Part shown: one piece after another, positions 7,918-16,650 of the stretch | Numbering within the stretch: the first letter of the stretch is position 1 | How the letters are laid out: each line of letters begins with the position of its first letter | Source: a virus | Lineage: Duplodnaviria; Heunggongvirae; Uroviricota; Caudoviricetes | Strand: one strand, 5' to 3' | Length of the DNA: 21,121 nt | Virus record (IMG/VR): IMGVR_UViG_2690316318_000022 | Position numbers and translations under genes: made by a program | The notes under the pieces: model-generated | What the model was told of the DNA's origin: nothing | The model's database searches: none | Seen by the model: only the letters and a program-made list of their open reading frames with translations

Positions 7918-8547
7918 ATGAATCTTGCTATCCGGGCCAAAAAGCGCAGAACAGAACTCAATTTAACTCAGGTCGAAGTTGCTAAACGAGCGGGCATAAG
8001 CCAGCAGTCAATAGAAGCTATAGAGAACGGCAAAACGCTAAAACCACGTAACCTTCTTGCTTTAGCATCGGCTCTGGAGTGTGATCCTAAGTGGTTACTA
8101 CTCGGGGGTGATGTTGTCACGAATTTCAACTACGGAGCCCGAAGGGTGCCTGTTCTAAGCTATGTACAAGCCGGAGCTTTCACAAGCACTGAACAACTTC
8201 ATGAAGGCGGTGATTTCGAATACATCCTGACAACAACGGAATTATCAGAGCGTTCGTTTGCTCTCCGTATACGCGGAGATTCGATGGAGCCAGAATTTAA
8301 AGAGGGTGACATCGTTATAATTGACACTGACGTATACCCTACCCCTGGCGAATTTGTTGCGGCATGCAATGGTAGCCATGAAGCAACGTTCAAAAAGTAC
8401 CGCCCGGTAGGGATTGGCGCTAAAGGTGAGGAAGATTTTGAACTTGTTCCCTTAAACAGCGATTACCCTATTTGCCGCTCCTGGGAAAAACCTATCAAGA
8501 TTATTGGAACAATGGTGGAGCATCGCATATTCCGCCGAAAAAGATAA
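7918..8547 (+). CDS. cI: CI-like repressor: N-terminal HTH plus C-terminal S24 (LexA-like) autopeptidase domain
   Basis: HTH (LNLTQVEVAKRAGISQQSIEAIENG), candidate Ala-Gly cleavage site in VQAGAF, Ser nucleophile motif GDSMEP and a downstream Lys. ATG at 7918 has a strong AAGGAG SD; the track ORF begins upstream at 7867. Confidence 0.85.
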   Translation: MNLAIRAKKRRTELNLTQVEVAKRAGISQQSIEAIENGKTLKPRNLLALASALECDPKWLLLGGDVVTNFNYGARRVPVLSYVQAGAFTSTEQLHEGGDFEYILTTTELSERSFALRIRGDSMEPEFKEGDIVIIDTDVYPTPGEFVAACNGSHEATFKKYRPVGIGAKGEEDFELVPLNSDYPICRSWEKPIKIIGTMVEHRIFRRKR

Positions 8548-8569
8548 TCGCATCTTCGCTTCAAACAAA

Positions 8570-8591
8570 GAGGGCTATGGCCCTCTTTTTT
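8570..8591 (+). terminator. Rho-independent terminator after cI
   Basis: GAGGGC-TATG-GCCCTC followed by TTTTTT, 23 nt after the cI stop. Confidence 0.7.
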
Positions 8592-8633
8592 ATTCCCTTA
8601 AAAACAAGTAATTAGGTTTTTAATGCAAATTTA

Positions 8634-8677
8634 TACAAGAATACCTGTTGACTTAATTACAGGTTTACTTGTACTTT
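8634..8677 (+). promoter_or_regulatory. Leftward operator (OL)-like site and PL-like promoter directing plus-strand transcription
   Basis: TACAGGTTTACTTGTA at 8658-8673 is identical to the OR site at 7829-7844; a degenerate second site TACAAGAATACCTGTT lies at 8634-8649. -35 TTGACT at 8648-8653 and a -10-like TACTTT at 8672-8677. Confidence 0.5.
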
Positions 8678-8695
8678 TAATCCAACGAAGTAATC

Positions 8696-8707
8696 GCTCT
8701 TTAACAA
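8696..8707 (+). promoter_or_regulatory. boxA-like element (GCTCTTTAACAA) in the leader just downstream of the PL-like promoter
   Basis: 12-nt match to the E. coli rrn boxA core, from memory, about 10-25 nt downstream of the predicted start. Compare lambda nut boxA CGCTCTTA. Confidence 0.4.
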
Positions 8708-8852
8708 ACAGAACCGCGTGACAGGTAAGCCGCAGTGCTCCTGGCAAAACGAAATAGCACCCGATGGGATCGAGGTAAGCGCCGAGTCCGTATGCGTACG
8801 GTAAGCGTAGAGGACAACACCGCGATGAACTGATAAGTCACGCAAGTTGAAA

Positions 8853-8879
8853 CGCCCCGATGATGGGGCGCTTAGTTCC
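8853..8879 (-). terminator. Possible terminator for the minus-strand gene 8922..9491
   Basis: Hairpin CGCCCC-GATGAT-GGGGCG (8853-8870), about 50 nt downstream of the gene's stop. The U-tract on the minus strand is weak (UUUCAACUU), so this is tentative. Confidence 0.35.
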
Positions 8880-8921
8880 TTTAACTCTGGGTGACCGGAA
8901 GGGTACCCATGCTTAAAGAAA

Positions 8922-9491
8922 TTACTGGTTGTAAGGATCGTAATCCGTGATTGCCTTCCCCGGATTTTCATCTTCAGAAGGCAGTCGGGCCTCTAAAGCA
9001 TTTCGGTTGAACAGATAGGAAGCCCTACAGTACGAACAAACCATATTAACGGCTCGCCCAAGGCCTGGCTTAGTAACCAGTCCTTCCGCTTGCAATATAG
9101 ATTTTCTCTTTTGCTCGTAGCAATTGGGACAAATATAAACCGGAGATTGGTCAGCATCTGCAGAAAGCTTGCTGCGATAGACCAGAGTCCCCCGCATAGG
9201 CTGGTAAAGTTCATAGCTCGCCGCTTCAGCGGCCCAGTTCTCTTGCTTTACTTTCTCATTTTCCAGTTCAACAATTTTCTCCTTAGCCGCAATCAGCAGC
9301 TCCTGAAGCGACATTTGCTGCATCTGAACATCCATTAGCTTATCGAGTAAGATGTGCGTCTTCTCTTTAACTGCATAGTCTACAGTCAGATTCTGAATCT
9401 CTCTTGCTGCTCCAACCGCGCTTTTAATTGCTCCTCCCACGCCGGATAACGATTCAGTTATCCGGGAAAGAATTCCTTTTTCTTCAGACAT
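8922..9491 (-). CDS. Hypothetical protein (189 aa): predicted coiled-coil N-terminal region plus C-terminal CxxC...CxxC zinc ribbon
   Basis: ATG at 9491 with a GAGAGAGA SD-like. Heptad-like charged region (LQELLIAAKEKIVELENEKVKQENW), then CPNC...(about 30 aa)...CSYC. Antisense to the PL-driven operon, adjacent to the immunity region. Confidence 0.6.
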   Translation of the reverse strand: MSEEKGILSRITESLSGVGGAIKSAVGAAREIQNLTVDYAVKEKTHILLDKLMDVQMQQMSLQELLIAAKEKIVELENEKVKQENWAAEAASYELYQPMRGTLVYRSKLSADADQSPVYICPNCYEQKRKSILQAEGLVTKPGLGRAVNMVCSYCRASYLFNRNALEARLPSEDENPGKAITDYDPYNQ

Positions 9492-9502
9492 ATCTAATCT
9501 CT

Positions 9503-9552
9503 CTCAAACTGTAGGGGTGAAGAGATATTAGACGATTTCTCACTGTAGGGGT
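9503..9552. repeat. Two direct repeats TCTCA(A)ACTGTAGGGGT in the promoter region of gene 8922..9491
   Basis: ACTGTAGGGGT at 9508-9518 and 9542-9552, each preceded by TCTCA, 34 bp apart, between the divergent gene starts. Confidence 0.45.
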
Positions 9553-9630
9553 ACAAGGAGAACCACCTCGCCTGATGTGGTTAAAAGCAGGCACTCGATG
9601 ATATCCATGTAATTGCTGTGTGTAGTCTTT

Positions 9631-9656
9631 GCCCGCCGCAAGTGACGGGCTTTTTT
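9631..9656 (+). terminator. Putative plus-strand terminator (tL1-like) between the PL leader and the first early-operon gene
   Basis: GCCCG-(10-nt loop)-CGGGC followed by TTTTTT. Short stem, hence moderate confidence. Confidence 0.45.
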
Positions 9657-9715
9657 ATGTCTGAAAGCGCACTCGCAACAGCGCGCTCCCCGATATGAAA
9701 AAAGGAATACAACCG

Positions 9716-9865
9716 ATGAAACCTGAACACATCCATCGACTGACGGGGCGCGATGTTCTCCGTTATCGCCGTAAAAACTTCGATTTGATGACCGGTCTGG
9801 CCGTTGCCACTGCGCTCGGTCTGATCATCACTTTCATTCTCCTTGTAGCGAGGACCACAGTATGA
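9716..9865 (+). CDS. Small tail-anchored membrane peptide (49 aa); not in the ORF track
   Basis: ATG at 9716 with AAGGAA 9 nt upstream. Hand translation [49 protein letters not shown]. Its stop overlaps the start of the next ORF (ATGA). Confidence 0.45.
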   Translation: MKPEHIHRLTGRDVLRYRRKNFDLMTGLAVATALGLIITFILLVARTTV

Positions 9866-10764
9866 GTTTAGAAACCAGTCTCGAACTTAATAATCAACTT
9901 CTGGCACAACATAATGCGCTGCTTGAACGTCTTATCCGCACGATGGCATCAGGTATTGTTATGCATCCTGACACGATTTCACGAGTGCAGGAATGTCGGG
10001 ATACAGCAACTGAAACTGAAAATATGTCAGCGGCAATGACACTGGATGATCTGGAGTTCAGCGACGTTATCGCACTGGCTGTTTTCTACCCGGTAGCCAC
10101 CCCTATCACAGAAGACATGCTGCAACGTGCTGTTGCCTACCGTGATGCTGAAGGCGATAAACGAGTAGTTCAGATTGATGCTCTCGACAGCGCATTGCAG
10201 GGCGTCAAACGAGCCAGGGCACTGCATAAACCCGCTCTTCTGGACCTGTCCCGTAACATTCTTAAGTTCTGGGACGACCTGCCAACCATCGGCGAGCGAC
10301 GTGCTTTTGCCGAGCAACTACTTGATGCACCTGCAGATGGGCGTGATGAAGTTAAGCCGAAAAAGGCCAGTAACAAAGATGGAGAACGCACGGGGCCGTT
10401 TTACGTCAAAAATGTATCCGGCACAGCAGCCAGTGAACTCCACACCTTACGCAAGTTGAACGAGATGCTTAAAAAAGGCCATATCGAGATCAACCGTGTT
10501 GAGTACCTTCAGCTGCAGGAAGAATTTGCACGCAGAGACGCAGCAAATTCCAGCCAGAATAATGACGCCAAAGATGACCATACAATTGATTTCGCGGCAC
10601 TACGCAAACAAGCTGAAGGGTTGATCCTCCAGTTAGCAAAAGGGGGTTACCGGGCAGAAGCTATTGCAATTCTGGAAAAACAGGGAGCCAGGAAACTTGG
10701 TGAAGTAACGGATGAAAATCTCGCTGAAGTAATCACCCTGGCTGAAAAAGCACTGGAGGGTTAA
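9862..10764 (+). CDS. Hypothetical acidic protein (300 aa), first large gene of the early operon
   Basis: Track ORF translationally coupled to flanking genes. No motif recognised. Confidence 0.55.
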   Translation: MSLETSLELNNQLLAQHNALLERLIRTMASGIVMHPDTISRVQECRDTATETENMSAAMTLDDLEFSDVIALAVFYPVATPITEDMLQRAVAYRDAEGDKRVVQIDALDSALQGVKRARALHKPALLDLSRNILKFWDDLPTIGERRAFAEQLLDAPADGRDEVKPKKASNKDGERTGPFYVKNVSGTAASELHTLRKLNEMLKKGHIEINRVEYLQLQEEFARRDAANSSQNNDAKDDHTIDFAALRKQAEGLILQLAKGGYRAEAIAILEKQGARKLGEVTDENLAEVITLAEKALEG

Positions 10765-10766
10765 TC

Positions 10767-12068
10767 ATGCCAGACGTTCATGCACAACTTTCTCCATCAT
10801 CAGCGCATCGATGGATGCGCTGCCCAGGAAGTCTGGCGCTGGAGGCCACACAACCGGATAAAGAAACAACTTTTGCAATCGAGGGCACTGCAGCGCACGC
10901 GCTTGCTGAAAAAGTTCTACGAAACAGGCAAAGCCACCCGGAACACTACGCCGGATGCAATGTTTCTATGTTTCTCGGCTCATACCCCCTTCGCGAAAAT
11001 CCTGATGATACATCTGGCCCACAGGTGGATGATGAAATGGTCGAAGCCGTTGGCCGGTATGTTGATACGGTCTGGACTCTTGCACAGAATAATGAACTAT
11101 TGGTTGAACAACGTGTTGATTTTTCACATATAACGGGGGTGGAAGAATCTTTCGGAACTGCCGACGGCATAATCATCGCTGGTAACGAATTACAAATCCA
11201 CGACCTGAAATATGGCAAAGGCGTCCGCATTGATGCAGAACAAAATGAGCAACTACAACTGTATGCTCTGGGTGCGCTCGAACAATTCAGCATGCTGTAT
11301 GACTTTGAGACTGTAAGATTATTTATTCACCAGCCAAGGCTCAACCACGTTTCAGAATGGTCGTTAACCGTGCAGGAACTTCAGTCTTTCGGTAAACGAG
11401 CACAGGAGGCCGCAACCAGTGCGATCCTTGTTCTCAATATTGCTGAATGCGAAGGCATTGAGACACTACCGCTGGAAAACTTCATACCTGGAGAAAAACA
11501 GTGCCGCTTCTGTAAAGCAAAAGCTATTTGCACTGCCCAGAAAATGCAGCATTTACAAACAGCGGCCAGCGACTTTGAAGATCTGACAAAGCCTGTCAGC
11601 GAAATAATCACCAATGCCAGCGCACGTGTACCTCTGTTAACCATTGAGCAGCTTGCGGAGATCTATAGCCAGGCCGACTTTATTGAGTCCTGGCTAAAGG
11701 CAGTACGGGACCGGGTTCACAATGAACTCAATGCCGGACATCCGGTACCGGGGTTTAAACTGGTAACAGGAAAACAAGGTAACCGGGCCTGGAGTGATGA
11801 AGAGGCAGCTCGCGCACTTCTGAAGGACCAGTTCAGGTACAAAACTGAAGAAGTATTCGACTTTAAACTTATTAGTCCCACAAAAGCCGAAAAACTTATC
11901 AAAAAGGCCAGTCCACGCCGTTGGTCAAAAGTCGAGGCACTGATAACACGAGCTGATGGTAAACCAACCGTCGTTCCCGAGTCAGACCCACGCCCCGCAC
12001 TCAATATCAACCCTGTAAATGATTTCGACGACGTATCCGACGATACGCTAACCGCAGACCTCATCTGA
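10767..12068 (+). CDS. DUF2800-family PD-(D/E)xK nuclease (Cas4/RecB-like, Cys cluster)
   Basis: N-terminal [15 protein letters not shown] signature, nuclease core HDLKYGKG with QLQLY (QxxxY), and C-terminal [10 protein letters not shown] cysteine triad; GGAGGG SD. Family assignment from memory. Confidence 0.7.
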   Translation: MPDVHAQLSPSSAHRWMRCPGSLALEATQPDKETTFAIEGTAAHALAEKVLRNRQSHPEHYAGCNVSMFLGSYPLRENPDDTSGPQVDDEMVEAVGRYVDTVWTLAQNNELLVEQRVDFSHITGVEESFGTADGIIIAGNELQIHDLKYGKGVRIDAEQNEQLQLYALGALEQFSMLYDFETVRLFIHQPRLNHVSEWSLTVQELQSFGKRAQEAATSAILVLNIAECEGIETLPLENFIPGEKQCRFCKAKAICTAQKMQHLQTAASDFEDLTKPVSEIITNASARVPLLTIEQLAEIYSQADFIESWLKAVRDRVHNELNAGHPVPGFKLVTGKQGNRAWSDEEAARALLKDQFRYKTEEVFDFKLISPTKAEKLIKKASPRRWSKVEALITRADGKPTVVPESDPRPALNINPVNDFDDVSDDTLTADLI

Positions 12069-12083
12069 TTTAAGGAAATACCC

Positions 12084-12632
12084 ATGAAACTGAAGCTGAA
12101 CAATGTTCGTCTGGCCTTCCCGTCTCTGTTTGAAGCTAAAACTGTAAACGGCGAAGGCGATCCGCGTTTCTCCGCAGTATTTTTAATGTCTCCCAAACAC
12201 CCACAACTGGAAGAAATCCGTAAAGCTATGAAGCAGGTAGCGAAGGAAAAATGGGGAGAGAAGTGGGAGCCCATTTATAACCAGCTGGAGAAAAAACTCA
12301 ATCTGTGCCTGCATGATGGTGATGAAAAAGCAGAGTATGAAGGCTTCCCCGGCAATTTCTTCCTGAATGCTGCTAACAAAGCGCGCCCAGCTGTTCTTGA
12401 TCGCGATCGTTCGCCACTAATTCAGGCTGATGGACGTCCCTATGCAGGGTGCTATGTAAACGCCGTTATCGATATCTGGGCACAGGACAATAATTTCGGT
12501 AAACGCATTAATGCCTCACTCGGCGGAGTCCAGTTCCTGCGAGACGGCGATGCATTCGCTGGCGGCGGAGTGGCAAGCGCTGACGATTTCGACGATATCA
12601 GCGAAGGTGCTGATGCTGAAGCACTAATTTAA
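12084..12632 (+). CDS. DUF2815-family protein (putative ssDNA-binding partner of DUF2800)
   Basis: N-terminal NVRLAFPSLFE motif and acidic C-terminal tail (DDFDDISEGADAEALI); conserved pairing with DUF2800 and a family A polymerase. Confidence 0.65.
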   Translation: MKLKLNNVRLAFPSLFEAKTVNGEGDPRFSAVFLMSPKHPQLEEIRKAMKQVAKEKWGEKWEPIYNQLEKKLNLCLHDGDEKAEYEGFPGNFFLNAANKARPAVLDRDRSPLIQADGRPYAGCYVNAVIDIWAQDNNFGKRINASLGGVQFLRDGDAFAGGGVASADDFDDISEGADAEALI

Positions 12633-12683
12633 AAATATTCATCCCCCAGCTACGTGCTGGGGTATCTCATGAGGGAAAGTATA

Positions 12684-13325
12684 ATGTCACAGCCCGTATT
12701 AACTAATCACCTTAAAACTCAAATCATCAATAACGCACTTGAGAAAGCGGGTATTCCCAAACGTAAATCAGCACTACGAGCTGCTCGTGTTGAATGGGCC
12801 GAACGTGTTCGGCTTGCAGCTATCGGGGGCGTAGAGAAAGAAGCTGAAATATTAAAAAATATAAAAAAGATTGAATCCATGGTCACAAAAATCCCTAATT
12901 CATTAAAAACCAATAGTTCTTTAATTCGAAAAGATTGCTGCATATATCTCAATCTGGCTGGAGCCAGAGCAAACATTTATTTCAATGGCAACTACAGAGG
13001 TTATGAATCAGGAGCCCCCGAGCATATTAATAAAATAGCACCTGCAGAATTTACTCTACTTGGCGAAGATCCTCTGGTAACGGAGTTTTATAGCTTTGAT
13101 GCTCTCTACACACAAATTAAAAGTGATGAAACCGAAATCATACAGAACGTCAGCGCGGCTCTAAATAAAGTTCGGACAGTAAAACGATTACTGGATGTAT
13201 GGCCCGAAGCTAAAGAACTGCTTCCAACAGACGCACCGCCAGTCCCTTTAGCACCAGCAGTACATCGAGAGACATTAAATGAAATGATAGGCCTTCCTAC
13301 CAATACAGTGTCTGATACTCAATAA
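12684..13325 (+). CDS. Hypothetical protein (213 aa from ATG 12684; the track ORF starts at GTG 12654)
   Basis: SD GAGGGA 7 nt upstream of the ATG at 12684. Moderately AT-rich. 3' end overlaps the convergent gene by 7 nt. Confidence 0.5.
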   Translation: MSQPVLTNHLKTQIINNALEKAGIPKRKSALRAARVEWAERVRLAAIGGVEKEAEILKNIKKIESMVTKIPNSLKTNSSLIRKDCCIYLNLAGARANIYFNGNYRGYESGAPEHINKIAPAEFTLLGEDPLVTEFYSFDALYTQIKSDETEIIQNVSAALNKVRTVKRLLDVWPEAKELLPTDAPPVPLAPAVHRETLNEMIGLPTNTVSDTQ

Positions 13326-14008
13326 CAAGGGGGATGCTTATTATATGATTTTGAACATTTTACAATCTCGTTAAGAGGCGTGAAATCAAAATCTCTGAAT
13401 AACACATCAGGATACTTCGCTCTTGCTTTATCCAGCAAACCAGTTAAAGTATTTTTTGTGTTACCCAACATTGTATTAACCGCCACTACATGTCTAATTT
13501 CTGGAGGTTTATCTATACCACCAGAAATTGCTTCATTAAGAACCGACGCCAGTGGGGTTTGTCCCTTACTTGTTGAATCCCACAGCGTCATTAACAGACG
13601 AGCTGCGTCTATAAATAGCTTTTTGTCAGCATTTGGCTTGACAGTAATACCGGAACTACCTGAGCCAGAACCGGAACGTTCTATTGCTGCACTGGTATCC
13701 GATTTCATAGGATTAAATAACGGAAGCTCTGTACAACCGATACGCCGAATGAAATCCTTTGCAACATCTCTACCACAGAAAAAAGCCCCTGTACAATTTT
13801 CATCAGAGCGTTTTTTAAATGAAAAACAATAGTACTGATCGGTTAACGGATAACCGGAATAACTGGTTTTAGTTTGTCCAGTAATAAGTTTCAGGTGTGC
13901 AACAGGCTGAATAATAAAATCCCGAACTATCGCATCTTTTATGTCGTTACCACGGTGACAATAATATTCAGGTAATCCATTAGGCTGTCTCTTATTACCC
14001 ACAGTCAT
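13319..14008 (-). CDS. Hypothetical two-domain protein (229 aa): Cys/His-rich N-terminal region, SGSGSGSSG linker, C-terminal domain
   Basis: Strong SD AAGGAGA 7 nt upstream of the ATG at 14008. AT-rich by eye (about one third GC in sampled stretches). Antisense to the surrounding replication operon. Confidence 0.6.
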   Translation of the reverse strand: MTVGNKRQPNGLPEYYCHRGNDIKDAIVRDFIIQPVAHLKLITGQTKTSYSGYPLTDQYYCFSFKKRSDENCTGAFFCGRDVAKDFIRRIGCTELPLFNPMKSDTSAAIERSGSGSGSSGITVKPNADKKLFIDAARLLMTLWDSTSKGQTPLASVLNEAISGGIDKPPEIRHVVAVNTMLGNTKNTLTGLLDKARAKYPDVLFRDFDFTPLNEIVKCSKSYNKHPPCY

Positions 14009-14069
14009 TAGTTGTCTCCTTTAATTCATGATATCTAGCATTTAACCATATACCATATGAGGATATTTT

Positions 14070-16133
14070 ATGTCCAATATACTATGGGGCGACCTGGAAA
14101 CCTATTGTGACATTCCGATCAACAACGGTACCCATGCGTATGCCGAAGGCGTTGAAGTGATGCTTTTCGCATGGGCTATCAACGACGGGCCAGTAAACGT
14201 GTGGGATACCACTGCCGGTGGTGGTATTCCACACGGCTTATACGAAGCAATCGCAGACCCTGAAACCCTGCTTTATTTCCATAACTCTCACTTCGACCGC
14301 ACCGTTCTACGTTATGCAATGCCGCGACTGGCACCGCCAGTCGAACGTTGGCGCGACACGATGGTGCAGGCGCTGGCGCACGGTCTCCCGGGGTCTCTGG
14401 GAGAACTCTGCGAAATACTAGGCGTCCCGCAAGACAAAGCGAAGGACAAAGAAGGTAAAGCGCTGATCCAGCTGTTCTGTAAGCCACGCCCGAAAAACAG
14501 CAAACTGCGTCGGGCCACCAGCAAAACCCACCCAGAAGAATGGCGGCGCTTTGTTGCTTACGCCGGACTGGATATCGAGGCAATGCGCGAAGTCTGTAAA
14601 CGTCTGCCGAAGTGGAATTATCAAGGGACAGAGCTGGCGCTCTGGCATCGTGATCAGCAGATCAACGACCGGGGCGTCTGCATGGACATGCAACTCGCGC
14701 GCGCTGCGATCGAAGCGGTAGACCAGGAGCAAAAGCGCCTGGCAAAGCGTACACAGGAAATGACTGATGGCGAAGTGCAGGCAGCCACACAACGAGACGC
14801 GTTGATTAAGCACATTGTTGAATCCTACGGTGTGGAGCTACCAGACATGCAACGCAGTACTCTGGAACGTCGTATTGCCGACCCCGATTTACCATCTGCC
14901 GTGAAAGAACTGCTGGCTATCCGACTGCAGGCCAGTACTACCAGCACCAGTAAATACAAGGCACTGATGAAAGGCGTAAGCCACGACGGGCGCTTACGCG
15001 GTACGCTACAGTTCTGCGGGGCGTCACGTACCGGTCGTTGGGCCGGACGGCTATTCCAGCCCCAGAATCTTCCCCGCCCTTCACTAAAACAGGAACAAAT
15101 AGACGAAGGCATCGAAGCACTGAAAGCCGGATGTGCAGACCTGCTGTTTGACAATATCATGGAACTAACCAGTTCAGCGTTACGTGGCTGCATTATCGCG
15201 CCAACAGGCAAAAAACTGGTGGTAAGTGACTTGTCGAACATTGAAGGCCGTATGCTGGCATGGCTGGCAGGAGAAGAATGGAAACTGAATGCATTCAGAG
15301 AGTACGACGCCGGAACGGGTCCGGACTTATATAAACTGGCGTATGCAAAAGCTTTCGATATTGCACCAGATGATGTTGATAAACACATGCGTCAGATCGG
15401 TAAAGTCATGGAACTCGGTCTGGGTTATGGTGGTGGTGTGTCGGCCTTCATCACTTTTGCACTGGTTTACGGTCTCGATCTCGACGAGCTGGCAAACGCT
15501 GCACTGCCAAACATTCCCCGCGATGTTATCCGCGAGGCGAAAAGCTGGTACGGCGAATCGGTTAAACGTAAGTCAACCTACGGCCTTTCTGAACGGGTAT
15601 TTATCGCCTGCGACTCACTTAAACGTCTCTGGCGCCGGGCGCATCCCGCGACCTGTGATTTCTGGTACGAACTGGAGCGCACCGTCCGCACTGCAATCGC
15701 CACACCGCAAAAAACATTGTATTGCGGTTATCTTAAAATCCGCCGCGATGGCGCGTGGCTGCGCATACAGCTACCATCCGGACGCGCTGTATGCTACCCG
15801 TCTCCGGTTATCGAAAAAGGGAATATCACCTACATGGGTGTTAACTCTTATTCGCGTAAATGGCAACGACTCAAAACCTACGGCGGAAAGCTGGTGGAGA
15901 ACGTCACCCAGGCGGCCGCCCGCGACGTTCTGGCCGGAAACATGCCGCTTATCGAAGATGCCGGTTACAGCATTGTGCTGACGGTACACGACGAGGTGAT
16001 CACCGAATCACCTGACACAGAAGATTTCAACGATAAAGCGCTTTCCGCGCTTCTCTCCACTAACCCCGAATGGGCGCCCGATATCCCACTGAACGCTGGC
16101 GGTTTTGAGGCGTACCACTACCGTAAGGATTAA
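14070..16133 (+). CDS. Family A DNA polymerase (Pol I-like) with 3'-5' exonuclease domain
   Basis: Exo I motif GDLETY (DxE); polymerase motif A DLSNIEGR; motif [17 protein letters not shown]; motif C VHDEV. 687 aa. Confidence 0.9.
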   Translation: MSNILWGDLETYCDIPINNGTHAYAEGVEVMLFAWAINDGPVNVWDTTAGGGIPHGLYEAIADPETLLYFHNSHFDRTVLRYAMPRLAPPVERWRDTMVQALAHGLPGSLGELCEILGVPQDKAKDKEGKALIQLFCKPRPKNSKLRRATSKTHPEEWRRFVAYAGLDIEAMREVCKRLPKWNYQGTELALWHRDQQINDRGVCMDMQLARAAIEAVDQEQKRLAKRTQEMTDGEVQAATQRDALIKHIVESYGVELPDMQRSTLERRIADPDLPSAVKELLAIRLQASTTSTSKYKALMKGVSHDGRLRGTLQFCGASRTGRWAGRLFQPQNLPRPSLKQEQIDEGIEALKAGCADLLFDNIMELTSSALRGCIIAPTGKKLVVSDLSNIEGRMLAWLAGEEWKLNAFREYDAGTGPDLYKLAYAKAFDIAPDDVDKHMRQIGKVMELGLGYGGGVSAFITFALVYGLDLDELANAALPNIPRDVIREAKSWYGESVKRKSTYGLSERVFIACDSLKRLWRRAHPATCDFWYELERTVRTAIATPQKTLYCGYLKIRRDGAWLRIQLPSGRAVCYPSPVIEKGNITYMGVNSYSRKWQRLKTYGGKLVENVTQAAARDVLAGNMPLIEDAGYSIVLTVHDEVITESPDTEDFNDKALSALLSTNPEWAPDIPLNAGGFEAYHYRKD

Positions 16134-16138
16134 CTCCT

Positions 16139-16354
16139 ATGTCATTTAAATACCGGGATAATCCACTTTATTACAGGGCTGCAAGGGAAGCTTTGCGACT
16201 TGAACAATCCGGCGAATATGACCGGGCAGCGGAGGTCTGGGCAAAAGCCAACCGCGAATCACATCACGAACTGAATCAGGAATGGAGTGAACGCAGATCT
16301 GATTTTTGCCTGATGCAGAACATGCGTGAAAAGCGTAAGGCGGTCGAAGAATGA
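16139..16354 (+). CDS. Hypothetical small protein (71 aa)
   Basis: Track ORF with AAGGA SD, translationally coupled to neighbours. Confidence 0.45.
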   Translation: MSFKYRDNPLYYRAAREALRLEQSGEYDRAAEVWAKANRESHHELNQEWSERRSDFCLMQNMREKRKAVEE

Positions 16355-16650
16355 TCGTTTACGTTGCCGGGCCGATGAGCGGTTACGAGCAATTTAACCG
16401 CCCGGCCTTTCATTCCGCAGCAAAGAGGCTAACGGACAAGGGATATGTTGTGCTTAACCCCGCAACTTTACCCAATGGTTTGACACAGGCTCAGTACATG
16501 GACATCTGCCTCGCAATGCTTCGCTGTGCCGATACGATTTATATGCTCAAAGAGTGGGAGTACTCTGCCGGCGCACGTGCAGAAAACGCGTTGGCAGAGA
16601 AACTGGAATTGAATGTGCTTTTTGAAGAGTGGGATTCAGATGGCCTATGA
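16351..16650 (+). CDS. DUF4406-family protein (nucleoside 2-deoxyribosyltransferase-like fold)
   Basis: N-terminal VYVAGPMSGYEQFNRPAF...VVLNPA pattern characteristic of DUF4406, from memory. Confidence 0.6.
   Translation: MIVYVAGPMSGYEQFNRPAFHSAAKRLTDKGYVVLNPATLPNGLTQAQYMDICLAMLRCADTIYMLKEWEYSAGARAENALAEKLELNVLFEEWDSDGL

Noticed and set aside
8657-8971. 104-aa minus-strand ORF spanning the OL/PL operator, the boxA-like element and the structured leader
   Set aside because: Overlaps operator, promoter and hairpins; no SD; the region behaves as non-coding regulatory sequence.
9503-9552. LexA (SOS) box interpretation of the CTGTAGGGGT repeats
   Set aside because: The LexA consensus is the palindrome CTGT-N8-ACAG; these are direct repeats without the ACAG half-site.
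8680-9650. Search for an N-like antiterminator gene on the plus strand between PL and the 9631-9656 terminator
   Set aside because: The plus-strand ATGs I found in the non-coding part (8680-8920) open ORFs of 13 codons or fewer, and the only tracked plus-strand ORF (9090..9338) lies inside the minus-strand gene with a low-complexity translation. No N gene is called.
14179-15981. Antisense and alternate-frame ORFs within the DNA polymerase gene, including 187-aa and 230-aa ORFs
   Set aside because: The polymerase frame carries the exonuclease and polymerase motifs; the alternatives lack SDs and are Ser/Arg-rich.
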